Source: a virus
Lineage: Duplodnaviria > Heunggongvirae > Uroviricota > Caudoviricetes
Length of the DNA stretch: 64,000 nt
Strand: one strand, 5' to 3'
Virus record (IMG/VR): IMGVR_UViG_3300012346_000137
Coordinates: 48,731-112,730 of that record
Below the pieces are notes generated by a model. That model did not search any database, was not told the origin of the DNA, and saw only the letters and a program-made list of their open reading frames with translations. This document shows, one piece after another, positions 42,080-52,020 of the stretch. Both the position numbers and the translations under genes were made by a program. The number at the start of each line of letters is the position of its first letter. The first letter of the stretch is position 1.

Positions 42080-43363
42080 TTACTGAAACCAAGATGTAGG
42101 CTTGCTAGTGGATTTAGATTTCACTGAACTTTTTTGTGCCTGTCTGGCTACTTCACCAAACAATTCATTTGACTTTTTGGTGATACCAGTCTTTTGAATC
42201 GTTGATAATGTAGGATCTTTCTCCATTATCTTCATAAGCAACGCAAGCTTTACTTTTGTTGCATGATTCTCAGGACGCTTAAGTTCTAGAATAGTACGAT
42301 CAAACTCTGTTAATGTTTCACCAGAATTTGTTTTATACTTATCTGTTACTAAGAAATCTTGTAGTTCACCAGCCAATTTAGGGTTTAAAGGAATGCCATC
42401 AAATTCTTTAGCTTTTAACTTATCCTGTAAAACTTGGTTTACATTCTGAGCATATTGCTGTTTGATAGCTTGTTGTTGTTGCAATTGAGCAGTTTTCTCT
42501 TGCTCTAATTGTTGAAGCTTTACTGCTTCTTTTTTAACTAACACTTTGTGGTGCTTTGTAGCCACAGTTTCAAGGTCTCCATAGTTTTTCAACCTTTCTA
42601 CTTCTGTATCAATGTCTTCTGGCTCAAAACCCTGATCAGCCAAAGCTTGTTTGATAACAGCCACTTGATTGCTTTCTTGACCTAAGTCCATATCAGAAAA
42701 GTTCTGAATATTGTTAAAAGCAGTGAAGTATTCTTTTGGATTAACTCCTTTTACAAAGATGGAGTCAAATGCTTGTTGGTATTCTTCACCAAACTGACCA
42801 ATAAAGTTTTGAACAATATCAATTGCCCCTTTCTTCTTTTCAGCATTAAACTTCTCTAAGAATTGTTCTGGAGTTGAAATAGGTTCTTCATCTTCATCGT
42901 CTTCAGTGAATACACCTAATTTATATAAGTCTTTAGATAATGAAGCAAATGTAGATTCAGTAGAATCTTCTTCACCATCTTCATCTTCTGAATCTTCGTT
43001 AGCTTCTTCAGCAGTCTTAGCCTTAGGCTTAGCAGCTGGTGCATCTTCTTCTTCCTCATCATCTTCATCACCTCCTAAAAGGAAATCTTGAATAGATTTA
43101 GTAGAATCTTCTTTAGGTGCTTCTTCACCATCTTCGTTATTACTAGTAGTTGCAGCAGGTTTTGCTGTCTTTTTAGCTGGTGCAGGGGCAGGTGTGCCAC
43201 TATTCTCGTCACCACTATTGATATCTTTGATATCATCAGGACTACCTGTAGCTGTGTCTGGTGCAAACAAATCGCTCAAAAGCTCTTGGTTACCCATTCC
43301 CATCTCCATAGTATCCTGAATACTAAAGTTCCCCAATTGAGGACTATCTAGATTATTCTCCAT
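42080..43363 (-). CDS. acidic coiled-coil protein (427 aa), putative scaffolding protein
   Basis: The N-terminal half is extremely D/E-rich (DEDDEEEEDAP..., EDSEDEDGEEDS). The C-terminus has a Q-rich coiled coil. It sits between the portal and the MCP. Confidence 0.4.
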   Translation of the reverse strand: MENNLDSPQLGNFSIQDTMEMGMGNQELLSDLFAPDTATGSPDDIKDINSGDENSGTPAPAPAKKTAKPAATTSNNEDGEEAPKEDSTKSIQDFLLGGDEDDEEEEDAPAAKPKAKTAEEANEDSEDEDGEEDSTESTFASLSKDLYKLGVFTEDDEDEEPISTPEQFLEKFNAEKKKGAIDIVQNFIGQFGEEYQQAFDSIFVKGVNPKEYFTAFNNIQNFSDMDLGQESNQVAVIKQALADQGFEPEDIDTEVERLKNYGDLETVATKHHKVLVKKEAVKLQQLEQEKTAQLQQQQAIKQQYAQNVNQVLQDKLKAKEFDGIPLNPKLAGELQDFLVTDKYKTNSGETLTEFDRTILELKRPENHATKVKLALLMKIMEKDPTLSTIQKTGITKKSNELFGEVARQAQKSSVKSKSTSKPTSWFQ

Positions 43364-43481
43364 ATGTAGTTGTATTTATTTGGTTTTCAATGTAAAAGTA
43401 TATAATGTAAAGTTAATAGCAAATAGATGAGCCTCTATATGCCTTGATATTCAGCATAATATAGCATTAATATTTTTTACT

Positions 43482-44012
43482 CTAATCTAATTTGTTAAGA
43501 AAATTGTCATTTATAAGTCTATAGCTTCTCATTGGAGCTATGTCTGTAAGTGTAACTTGTTGAACATCAACTCCCCACTTACGTGCTTCCACCCTAACTT
43601 TTTTAGTCAATGTGTTATCTACCTCAGGATCTATACACTCTTCTAACGTCATTGACATAATAACGTTCTTTATTATACTCTGAGACATATCTGATAGAGC
43701 ATCCTGTGCGTCATACACCTCTAATAAGAATATCTTAACATCTGCTATCTTGTATTTGACAATACCTTTCACCACAATGTTTTGTCTATCTTGTGTATAT
43801 AAAGACTGAGCATCTAAACTAAGGGTAGTCACCACAACATGGTGATCTATCACTTCATCAAACAATGGAATCTTGAAGTGTAAGCCAGGCTCAAGAACGC
43901 TGTAGAATTTTCCACATCTCAGCAACACTGCTCCTTCGTAGTCTCTAACAATAATAACTGGGGTTAGTTGCAACCACCAATTAGTTACTATTTCAATTAG
44001 TTTATCAAACAT
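43482..44012 (-). CDS. hypothetical head-module protein (176 aa)
   Basis: ORF. Confidence 0.4.
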   Translation of the reverse strand: MFDKLIEIVTNWWLQLTPVIIVRDYEGAVLLRCGKFYSVLEPGLHFKIPLFDEVIDHHVVVTTLSLDAQSLYTQDRQNIVVKGIVKYKIADVKIFLLEVYDAQDALSDMSQSIIKNVIMSMTLEECIDPEVDNTLTKKVRVEARKWGVDVQQVTLTDIAPMRSYRLINDNFLNKLD

Positions 44013-44211
44013 TATTTAATTTTTTAATATCAAGTGTAGCGTTTGCATGTATTTTTATTTGATTTGAGAGATAATGTCTCACCTCTCCTCCATCACATAA
44101 TACTACACACCATATATCGTTTTCAAAACTTCCTCCATTAGTTACATAAATCGCATACCCATCCTTGTTATTTTCTACGACAACAGGGATGGGGTTACGA
44201 AATTCTAACAT
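44005..44211 (-). CDS. hypothetical protein (68 aa)
   Basis: ORF overlapping its neighbours by a few nt. Confidence 0.35.
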   Translation of the reverse strand: MLEFRNPIPVVVENNKDGYAIYVTNGGSFENDIWCVVLCDGGEVRHYLSNQIKIHANATLDIKKLNNV

Positions 44212-46799
44212 TATTTCTTAGTTTTATTAGCTCTACCTTTAGCATTCTCTTTAGCAATAGCTAAATCATTTGCTTGGTTCTCTCTAGCCACTTGTAATTT
44301 TTCTCTTTCTACTTGAAGTTTTTGAGAAGCTAGTGTGCTTTTAGCTTGTATATCTGCCATTTTAGTTTGGTACTCTTTATTAGCTCTTGCTTCTTCTGTG
44401 TTTAATTTACTGATTTCCAATACATCAGGAGCACCAGATCTATCTACATCGCTCAATGGTCCCATATTCTTAGCTTCAGCTGCAATAAGAGCAATTTCCT
44501 TTTTATTAATTCTATCAAGTTCAGCTTGGTAGTTATCATTGGCAAGCTTCTCTTGAGCCTGTTGTTGAGCAAATTGTAATTGAGCTTCAGCTTGTTGTTG
44601 CTGCTGATCCAACTGTTGTTGCTGTTGTTGTAATTTAGTAACTTCCAATTCTTCTTGTCTACTCTTAAGTTTCTTAAACACGTTCTTCATTTGTCTGATA
44701 GAGTTAGTTCCATAAAGCTCAATGATATCATGTAAACTACCACCATTTTGAATAACTGCTTGAGACAACTGTCTGATTTCGTTAAACATTTGTTTGTCTT
44801 CAGGTCTGTTAGTTAAGAACACTTTCAAGTCTCTAAACTTCAAGTCTGTACCATTCACTTGTACAAATGCAGATTCTCCTTCAGATGTAATATAAGAAAC
44901 AGTAGATTGTGGTTTCGCACTTTCTACATATAAAGATGCATCAATAATTGCTTGATATAATTGTCCTAATACATACTCATGAGCTACAAATATAGGCTCA
45001 GTTTGTGAGTAAGACTGGGTGATTGCTGCATTAGTTCCTGTAGCTGATTCACTAGCTGATACAGATCCCATACGTTGCTTAGACATACCAATTAATTCCC
45101 AACATTCATTCTTTAACTGCATTGCTAGGTTATATCTAGATTGAATCTCCTGCGTACGTGTAAGATCAATATCTCTAAACTGATTAAAGCTAGACTGTCC
45201 TTTTAAGTTTTCAGGACTGTCATCAATAAATACTACACCTCTATTACGAGCTTCCATTTCCCATACGTCTAATGCATCTTGTGCATCACCATCTTTAGGA
45301 ATAGGTACGTGTCTAATAGAAGTTAAATAAACCTTACCAACTTCCTTCTCAAGCAACTTATACAATTGGTTCATACAAACATTATACAATACTTGGAATG
45401 GTTTCATCATATCCACTAAGCTCTTAGCTTCTGTATTCTTCACCTCAAAAACTTGTCCAATGATAGGACAGTAAGGCAATAATTTATATGGTTTAATGTG
45501 GTAGATATCTGGACCAATCTTGATTCCTTGGTACCATTGGTTAATCCATCCCCACTCTAATGACTGTTGTGTAGGAATAGTTCCAGATTTGTAATTTTCA
45601 TCAACAAGCATAGATTGCTCGTTACCCATTTCATCTGTATAGATTAACTTACCAATCTTCTTTTTAGAGATCCAATAAGCTCTTACCACTACATATTTGT
45701 AACCAAATGAACTTACGTTGTTTGTAAGTCCTAAGAAGTCTTTAAGACCATCACTGTTCTCTTTCATCTCAGACTCAATCATCATTCTTGTCTGAAGCAC
45801 TAATGGGTCAAATGTATCATATTGTACAGAGTCATTACCTGGTGTAATTTCTGGATTACCTAAGTTAGATTCTCTAACGTTGATAAGACCATAGTCTTGT
45901 AAAGAACTACGTAAGTGATCAATCTCATCTTTAGTTAAATCTGGAATAGCTTCAATAATCTCAGATAGTTCCATAACCTGTACAGTACCAGCAGCATATG
46001 CTCCTTGTGCTCTACCTGTAGGATCTGAAATATACTTTCTATCTGGTGTAGTTAAGAACCAAGTGTTCTTAGGGTTAGCCACCTCAATGTTAAATCCAAG
46101 TTTAGAATTATCTTCATATATGTGAAAGAACTCTCTAGATGAAATCAAAAGATCTCTAAAAGAATCTTCGCTCTTTTCTTTCATATTAAACTCTGCTTTC
46201 TGAGCAGTTAATATGTGATTAGCCCACTTCTCTGCTACAGATGTGTAAGTCTCAAGTTCGTCTTTCACTTGCTCCATTGTCATCTCTTGTAACTGCTCAT
46301 CTTCAATTTCCTCACCATTCATTGCAGCTGTCTCTAAAATTTTTTGTTTAGCTTGTGCAATTACATACTTTTGAAGTATTTCAGTTTTAAACTGAAGCTC
46401 TTCAGATTGACTGTCTTCATCAAATGCCTTAACACGAAACGCGTCTGGTCTCTTTGTTAATTCACCTACCAACTCATTAATTGGTGTAGTGATAATAGAA
46501 TAATGTTTTACATAAGCAGGAAGTTCAAGGTCTGCTGTTAATGTATCTGTAAAACTTCTAACTTCTGGTTCTTGATAGAAATCTTCTCTTCTTAAAATAC
46601 CTTTAATTAAATCATAGTTCTTAACAAATGTATCCCTATTCTTTATATACTCAGCGTAAGCTTTGTTAGAGAAATAGTCCATTGTGTTCTTTATCCAACT
46701 CTCATCCTGCTTCTCCTTTTCAGTTTTAAACTGGTCAGGGAAGATGTTCAGATATGCATATCTGATCGTTGCGTCTTTTGTATACCTTATAATTGCCAT
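44211..46799 (-). CDS. portal protein (862 aa), putative
   Basis: Large protein directly downstream of the terminase. It has a C-terminal Q-rich coiled coil (QQQQQLDQQQQQAEAQLQFAQQQ), as seen in large crAss-like portals. Confidence 0.55.
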   Translation of the reverse strand: MAIIRYTKDATIRYAYLNIFPDQFKTEKEKQDESWIKNTMDYFSNKAYAEYIKNRDTFVKNYDLIKGILRREDFYQEPEVRSFTDTLTADLELPAYVKHYSIITTPINELVGELTKRPDAFRVKAFDEDSQSEELQFKTEILQKYVIAQAKQKILETAAMNGEEIEDEQLQEMTMEQVKDELETYTSVAEKWANHILTAQKAEFNMKEKSEDSFRDLLISSREFFHIYEDNSKLGFNIEVANPKNTWFLTTPDRKYISDPTGRAQGAYAAGTVQVMELSEIIEAIPDLTKDEIDHLRSSLQDYGLINVRESNLGNPEITPGNDSVQYDTFDPLVLQTRMMIESEMKENSDGLKDFLGLTNNVSSFGYKYVVVRAYWISKKKIGKLIYTDEMGNEQSMLVDENYKSGTIPTQQSLEWGWINQWYQGIKIGPDIYHIKPYKLLPYCPIIGQVFEVKNTEAKSLVDMMKPFQVLYNVCMNQLYKLLEKEVGKVYLTSIRHVPIPKDGDAQDALDVWEMEARNRGVVFIDDSPENLKGQSSFNQFRDIDLTRTQEIQSRYNLAMQLKNECWELIGMSKQRMGSVSASESATGTNAAITQSYSQTEPIFVAHEYVLGQLYQAIIDASLYVESAKPQSTVSYITSEGESAFVQVNGTDLKFRDLKVFLTNRPEDKQMFNEIRQLSQAVIQNGGSLHDIIELYGTNSIRQMKNVFKKLKSRQEELEVTKLQQQQQQLDQQQQQAEAQLQFAQQQAQEKLANDNYQAELDRINKKEIALIAAEAKNMGPLSDVDRSGAPDVLEISKLNTEEARANKEYQTKMADIQAKSTLASQKLQVEREKLQVARENQANDLAIAKENAKGRANKTKK

Positions 46800-48841
46800 T
46801 ACGTAAACAATTTATTTCGTTTATATTTATTATTTGATTCTCCAAACATTCCACCTCTGCTGTCAGAAAACAACTTGTTAGTTTTATTTTTACTGAACAT
46901 TGATTTCACTCTATCATCACTTGTCCCACCTATCTTACCCATGATTGGGTCCATCTTCATAGCTAACGCAACTGCAAGCTCTGCAGCAATGATTCTATCG
47001 AAGTTACCCTGATCGTTGTATTGTATAATCTCTTCTAGCAATACAGGATCAAATATCTTTGTTACACCCAACACTTCCTTAATCACACTACCATTCTCAT
47101 CCTTCTCTACAAAGATAGGACTTTCCATGTATTGTTTAAGACATACGTGAAGATAGTCAATTATTTTTTGACTTGAACGATGTATTCCATAATCTCTTTT
47201 TACAGTGGTATTTGGAACAATCTCTTTAAGCCATTCTGGTTGTTTCTCTAGATAATGAGCATCACCCACAGACTTCATATATTCAATAAATGATATATCA
47301 TCATTCTCACAAAGTGTCCTTGCATTATAATACTTAATAAGCATACGAGCCTGTTCATTCCAGGTTTCTTTCTTATCAGGTCTTGCTACATAGGAAGCAA
47401 CAAACATATCTTGGTATTTCTCACCATTGATTTCGTTCATTCTTTTATATATGTAGACAGCCCCTAATGAGGAGCTATATGCAGACTTACCTTGTCTATA
47501 GGGATCGACTCCTGCTACATACAATCCATAAGGAGGATTATCTATAGGGAATTCATATATAACTACAGGAGCATCTTTTAAATCTGAAGGCTTAAGAGGG
47601 AAATTGGAGATGGGTTGTTTATCTGTAAACTCGTGGGTTATTCTTTCTCCATCGTTGAAAAGAATAACAGGTGTGCCTGTACGTTCTTGTTGTTGTAATC
47701 TATTCTTCTGCCTCTTAGCGTTTTCAATGTCGAAGATGTTTGTATCCTCATTCAAGAATATGTCATCCACCTCAAGTGGGTAGTACATCTTTTCCTTAAG
47801 ATACATACTTCTATCCCCAGCTTTTCTAAGTCTCTCTAAGTTAGCTTCTGTGATCTCTCTAGCCTTTTCCTCATTACTCACTAGCATTTCAATCTGATGT
47901 AAATCAGAACTAAGAGGTTCACTTAAGAAAGCACCAAGGGAACTTTTTTCTTTAGCTTCCATTCTGTATTTAGCAGGAATGAATAAGCCATGTATACGTC
48001 TAGTATCTTTTTCGTTATTATAATCTAAGAAGTTATAGTTGGCTACATCGAACATTAAGCTCTTTGCATCCATAAATTTCTTCATATCACCACCTGTGCC
48101 AGTAAGAATAGGAGAACATCCCCAGCCATAGGGTGTTGTAAAACCTGGTACAGCTGCCTGAAAGCCCCTGAGAAAATTACCTTTTCCAATCTCATCTATA
48201 ATTAATTTACGTGGTTTAGTACCTGCAATTGCCTCTTCATTATTACCTTCATCAAGGTTACGAATAAGAATCTGAGAGAAGGGTATTCTCTCTCCTGACT
48301 TTGTCTTAATACCTAATGTCACCTGGTTCTTCCAGTTGTCCTCAATCCTCTGCCATCTCCAATACTCAGGAACAAAGTTTAATCCTTTGTCAATCTTGTC
48401 TGTAATAAGTTTAATATCTGCTGCGTTCAAGCCAGCAATAATGTTCTGGGAGTTCTCATCAAATGTAGCTCCCCATGCTGTATAGCTAGCCTCAAGAACA
48501 GACTTGGCAAAACGTCTAATACCTAGAATGACTAAGCCCTTTTTCTCTCTTTGAGCTCTGTCAATTTCGTTTGTTACAAGCCATTCATTATCTCTCAATA
48601 AAGGATTTGCATATTTCTGTGATATTCTTCCATTGGCTTCCATTACGTCCACCTCTGTATGCCAGATGTTTAGGTGCCAATACAAAAAGGGGTTGATATA
48701 CACACCCCCCATCATAGCTCCATTCAAGCAAAGATCCTTATGAAAATCAAAGAAATCATGATACTCTTCTGACTCTCTATCTGGAAGTCTTTTCTGGTTG
48801 ATGAACCAGTCTTTATAGTCTATAGTTTGTATGTCACTCAT
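46799..48841 (-). CDS. terL: terminase large subunit (680 aa), putative
   Basis: Walker-A-like LGIRRFAKS and Walker-B-like LIIDEIG motifs in the N-terminal half. ATGA overlap with the portal gene, and the canonical terminase-then-portal gene order. Confidence 0.55.
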   Translation of the reverse strand: MSDIQTIDYKDWFINQKRLPDRESEEYHDFFDFHKDLCLNGAMMGGVYINPFLYWHLNIWHTEVDVMEANGRISQKYANPLLRDNEWLVTNEIDRAQREKKGLVILGIRRFAKSVLEASYTAWGATFDENSQNIIAGLNAADIKLITDKIDKGLNFVPEYWRWQRIEDNWKNQVTLGIKTKSGERIPFSQILIRNLDEGNNEEAIAGTKPRKLIIDEIGKGNFLRGFQAAVPGFTTPYGWGCSPILTGTGGDMKKFMDAKSLMFDVANYNFLDYNNEKDTRRIHGLFIPAKYRMEAKEKSSLGAFLSEPLSSDLHQIEMLVSNEEKAREITEANLERLRKAGDRSMYLKEKMYYPLEVDDIFLNEDTNIFDIENAKRQKNRLQQQERTGTPVILFNDGERITHEFTDKQPISNFPLKPSDLKDAPVVIYEFPIDNPPYGLYVAGVDPYRQGKSAYSSSLGAVYIYKRMNEINGEKYQDMFVASYVARPDKKETWNEQARMLIKYYNARTLCENDDISFIEYMKSVGDAHYLEKQPEWLKEIVPNTTVKRDYGIHRSSQKIIDYLHVCLKQYMESPIFVEKDENGSVIKEVLGVTKIFDPVLLEEIIQYNDQGNFDRIIAAELAVALAMKMDPIMGKIGGTSDDRVKSMFSKNKTNKLFSDSRGGMFGESNNKYKRNKLFT

Positions 48842-49173
48842 TACTTTCTATTCTTTAAGAAGCGTTCAGCTGCACCAGATAACTCACCTTTCCCTCTCAC
48901 CTCAACCTTTGCTTCTTCTACACTACGTAGTTTATCTACCACCTCAATAAGAGCTAAGTAGTTTTTCATTGTCTCTTGTACAAATTTACCCTGAGCTTCA
49001 ATTGAGGCTATCACCATAGGTAACATGCCACCTTTAGCTGTAGGTTTCCACTCAATCCTATCTTTCAATTCATGTAGTGGGTTTGCATCTACGTAAGCTT
49101 TCCAGGACGTAAGCTGTGCTTCAGCCCATTCAAGCTCTGTATTTATAAATGTAGTTTTTTTAATAGTTGCCAT
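48841..49173 (-). CDS. hypothetical protein (110 aa); small-terminase candidate by position only
   Basis: ORF immediately upstream of terL. Confidence 0.3.
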   Translation of the reverse strand: MATIKKTTFINTELEWAEAQLTSWKAYVDANPLHELKDRIEWKPTAKGGMLPMVIASIEAQGKFVQETMKNYLALIEVVDKLRSVEEAKVEVRGKGELSGAAERFLKNRK

Positions 49174-49450
49174 AATCTTCTTCCTCGTCTTCTTTTAGAA
49201 TGTTATCGAGGTCCATTCCTTCTTTTATTATCTTATCAAGCTCTTTCTCATCTGTATGTGGAACATCCATTTCAAGTTCTGTCTTATACTTATCTAAAGC
49301 AAAAGCTAGTTCTTTATCTGTCATTCCCCAGATGTCTCCATAGTCACTCAGTGCTGTAGATAAATGTCTACCTAAGTTATATGTTGGGAAACTCTTATTT
49401 AGTTCTTGGAGAGTTTGTAGAGCTTTTTGATAGTGGGTTTTCTTGCTCAT
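49160..49450 (-). CDS. hypothetical protein (96 aa)
   Basis: ORF. Confidence 0.35.
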   Translation of the reverse strand: MSKKTHYQKALQTLQELNKSFPTYNLGRHLSTALSDYGDIWGMTDKELAFALDKYKTELEMDVPHTDEKELDKIIKEGMDLDNILKEDEEEDYGNY

Positions 49451-49710
49451 TATATTAAATCATTTAAGTCATCGTCTGTGAGTTTATCATCAAAGAACTC
49501 ATCAGTTAGGTCTATTGGAGAATCTTCAAAGTTCTTTCTACCTTCTTCTGTCATATAGTCTTTAGAGAAACTAATTGCCACTCTATCCTGTTCCTCATCT
49601 GGAACACCTGTGATGTCAATATAATCAACACCTTTATTATATAGCTCCACTAATACATCTATTAACTTGTCTAATGGAAGCTTCTTTAGCATTACTGTTT
49701 CTCTACCCAT
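49450..49710 (-). CDS. hypothetical acidic protein (86 aa)
   Basis: ORF. Confidence 0.35.
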   Translation of the reverse strand: MGRETVMLKKLPLDKLIDVLVELYNKGVDYIDITGVPDEEQDRVAISFSKDYMTEEGRKNFEDSPIDLTDEFFDDKLTDDDLNDLI

Positions 49711-50002
49711 GGTCTGCAGCTTGTTTTAATTGTTCCTCAATTTCTTGGTTTTCTAAAACAGCCACCCATTTGTCAATAGGGCAGCTACAAGATAGGCACT
49801 TGGTCTTTGCAGACAGGGTGCATCCACAATTAGTACAATGATCGTCTGGACGATTTGTCTTGTGGTACATAGAATGGTGTTCACATTCTAAGCAGATCTT
49901 TGTTCTTTCCTTCCCAACCTCAATGATCTGAGCTTTTAACTCTGCTGGAGGCACAAGGTTGTTTCTCCAACCCTCATATATTTGGGCGAAATTAATCTTC
50001 AT
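49703..50002 (-). CDS. Cys-rich zinc-finger protein (99 aa)
   Basis: CLECEHH...HCTNCGC...CLSCSC, giving at least 8 Cys/His ligands. Confidence 0.4.
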   Translation of the reverse strand: MKINFAQIYEGWRNNLVPPAELKAQIIEVGKERTKICLECEHHSMYHKTNRPDDHCTNCGCTLSAKTKCLSCSCPIDKWVAVLENQEIEEQLKQAADHG

Positions 50003-50345
50003 ATGTAATTCTTGGTTTTAATACCTCAATGTCTTTTAGCGTTGTGTCCAGAATTGCCTTAGCGTATGCCTTCTTCTGGTCTGTGGCGACAGGGTTGGAA
50101 ATGACCCCTTCACATGTCCCCACCCTATGCTTTAATTTCTCTAGCTTTTTGACAGCCTTCTTATCGTTAAACAGAAACTTCCCAAACCCAGAGATTTCTA
50201 CACTCTTATTTGTAGACATAGCTTCGTTGGCAGATTGAAACTGGTGGTTGACAACAGCCTCTAATGTCTTCTCAGAGGTTAGCATCTTAACAGCAAGGGT
50301 CCTAATTAGGTAGTCCTTGACAGACATACTCATTGGCTTATCCAT
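49992..50345 (-). CDS. HU/IHF-like DNA-binding protein (117 aa)
   Basis: N-terminal helices plus ...KSVEISGFGKF..., which matches the HU/IHF signature (xxLxGFGxF). An IHF-like protein is a conserved crAss-like gene. Confidence 0.45.
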   Translation of the reverse strand: MDKPMSMSVKDYLIRTLAVKMLTSEKTLEAVVNHQFQSANEAMSTNKSVEISGFGKFLFNDKKAVKKLEKLKHRVGTCEGVISNPVATDQKKAYAKAILDTTLKDIEVLKPRITYED

Positions 50346-50688
50346 GCTTCAATGTAATTTGTAAAACAATATCATTCTCGAAGTTGAGGGTGATCTGTGG
50401 GTTCACCTTCACCTTTGTCCCATCCTTTACAAACACCCCTAGTTTCTTTAGCCTACTAATAATGTTATTTATAGAAGCACTGGAACTGGAATAGAGCTCA
50501 CAGAATTCCTTACGAATGTTAGCATATGAAATATTCCCCCTAACAGCAGCAAATGCCACAAGCTGTATCTCCCTGTGTGTAAGCCCTAAGTTGTTCAGAG
50601 CAGACAATACATTATAATACGTCTCTGCCACCTGAATATCAGCAGGTAACACCTTGTTTAGCTTCTGTACTGTTATCTTCTTTTCCAT
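50338..50688 (-). CDS. LuxR/GerE-type (sigma-70 region-4-like) HTH protein (116 aa)
   Basis: LTHREIQLVAFAAVRGNIS...ASINNIISRLKKLGV resembles the LuxR/GerE pattern (LTxRExEVL...S..TV..H...I..KLgV). Confidence 0.4.
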   Translation of the reverse strand: MEKKITVQKLNKVLPADIQVAETYYNVLSALNNLGLTHREIQLVAFAAVRGNISYANIRKEFCELYSSSSASINNIISRLKKLGVFVKDGTKVKVNPQITLNFENDIVLQITLKHG

Positions 50689-50766
50689 ATTTAATTAATA
50701 CAAAGGTATGTATATTCTATTGATCTACAAATAACTATATTAGTTATCTACAAAGTTAATGCTATA

Positions 50767-51009
50767 TTATGCATCATTTCTGAAAAACACTATAAAAAAT
50801 ATAATGAAGAACAACCCAATCCTAATCTCCTGTTCTACATCACCATTCTCTGTAGCATAGTGTCTGTTAGTGATTCCTAGTTCAAATGTTGTTGATCCTG
50901 GTATTACAAAGTCTATACCCATCTCGTAACTGTCATAACCTCTAAGTCCTGTAAACAAAGCAATCAATGTAAGAACCAATGTACCAATACCAATAATAAT
51001 GAACGTCAT
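50767..51009 (-). CDS. small two-TM membrane protein (80 aa)
   Basis: Hydrophobic N- and C-terminal helices. It is the first gene after the divergent control region. Confidence 0.35.
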   Translation of the reverse strand: MTFIIIGIGTLVLTLIALFTGLRGYDSYEMGIDFVIPGSTTFELGITNRHYATENGDVEQEIRIGLFFIIFFIVFFRNDA

Positions 51010-51376
51010 ATCTAAAGCATTTAATAGTTATAGAGAAGAATATCTTCCCCACCCAACCAGCCCCAAAGTTACAGGTAAATATTAATACCAACCAAATTTA
51101 TTTTTAATAAAGGATTATAATGTCCCTTATAAGAAACAAACTCACACCTAAAAGGGTGCTATAAGACACATTATAATGTATGACATATCCTACACTATAC
51201 ATGAAAACATGGGCTAACGTATGATAAGTCAAGCAATACCTTTACCATAGGGGGTATATAGTAAAGCTGTAGCTTGACATATATTAACATCAAACTAGTT
51301 TGTTTATCAAAATGTCCAGTTTATTATATACAAAACTGGACAGCACTGCTGTAGACCCCATTGACAAATGGCTATA

Positions 51377-51392
51377 TGTTCCATGTGGAACA
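51377..51392. promoter_or_regulatory. palindromic operator-like site TGTTCCATGTGGAACA
   Basis: Perfect 16-bp palindrome ~135 nt upstream of the first plus-strand gene. A near-identical copy lies at 52021-52034. Confidence 0.5.
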
Positions 51393-51410
51393 ATTCCAAA
51401 ATTTTTTTCT

Positions 51411-51503
51411 AAACCCCCCACCCCTCGTGTAGATGGGGGAAGTGACCACTCCCAATTGCTACCCCACCTACAGTTGGGGAAGTTAGCCATACTCCCCCAC
51501 ATT
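51411..51503. other. GC-rich multi-hairpin element with imperfect direct repeat
   Basis: Alternating C- and G-runs form 3-4 hairpins with G4/C4 stems. There is a direct repeat: GGGGGAAGTGACCACTCCCAATT (51435-51457) and GGGGAAGTTAGCCATACTCCCCCACATT (51476-51503). Confidence 0.45.
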
Positions 51504-51527
51504 AATTAACAATAAAAAACTTTTAAC

Positions 51528-51923
51528 ATGGCAACAATGACAACAACACAATTCTTGAGCAATTTAGTGTACAGAGACGCAGAATCTCAAGAGAACGCTT
51601 CAGTGGGAATCTTCAAAGATTTGTTCGCAAAAGACTTCAATGCACTATTAGTACGCAACAGCAAGACAGGTGCAAGAAGAGCTACCATCATGCTTCAGAG
51701 AAAAGATGACGCTACTAAAGTGACTAACATCGTTTGTTCAGTAGCGTTAACTGATTTAGTTCGTGCTGGTAAATTGGGCATCGAAGAGATTATGTTATTC
51801 CCTTGCTTTGGTGGCGAGAAGGGTAATTTTGTGGGCTTGCCTTCTCAAGGTTGGTCTGAACTATCTGCAATCACTCCAAGAGAGTACAAGATTGCTGTCT
51901 TAAGCCCAGAAGAATTGGCTTAA
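51528..51923 (+). CDS. early protein, unknown function (131 aa); monocistronic unit
   Basis: ORF followed directly by a strong terminator. Confidence 0.5.
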   Translation: MATMTTTQFLSNLVYRDAESQENASVGIFKDLFAKDFNALLVRNSKTGARRATIMLQRKDDATKVTNIVCSVALTDLVRAGKLGIEEIMLFPCFGGEKGNFVGLPSQGWSELSAITPREYKIAVLSPEELA

Positions 51924-51931
51924 TTCTAAAA

Positions 51932-51958
51932 GGGGGGAGCTCACGCTCCTCCTTTTTT
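51932..51958 (+). terminator. rho-independent terminator
   Basis: GGGGGGAGC-tcac-GCTCCTCC stem (8 bp, one G:U pair) followed by TTTTTT. An A-run upstream could make it bidirectional. Confidence 0.7.
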
Positions 51959-52020
51959 CATATCAGGGTGGGTGTAATGTACACATCTGGGTGGGACTAA
52001 TACACAGAAACACAAAAAAC

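Noticed and set aside
51290-51509. Overlapping 70-aa (minus) and 69-aa (plus) ORFs in the divergent control region
   Set aside because: Both span the GC-rich hairpin array and give W/P/G-rich low-complexity translations. The region is better explained as non-coding structured DNA or RNA.
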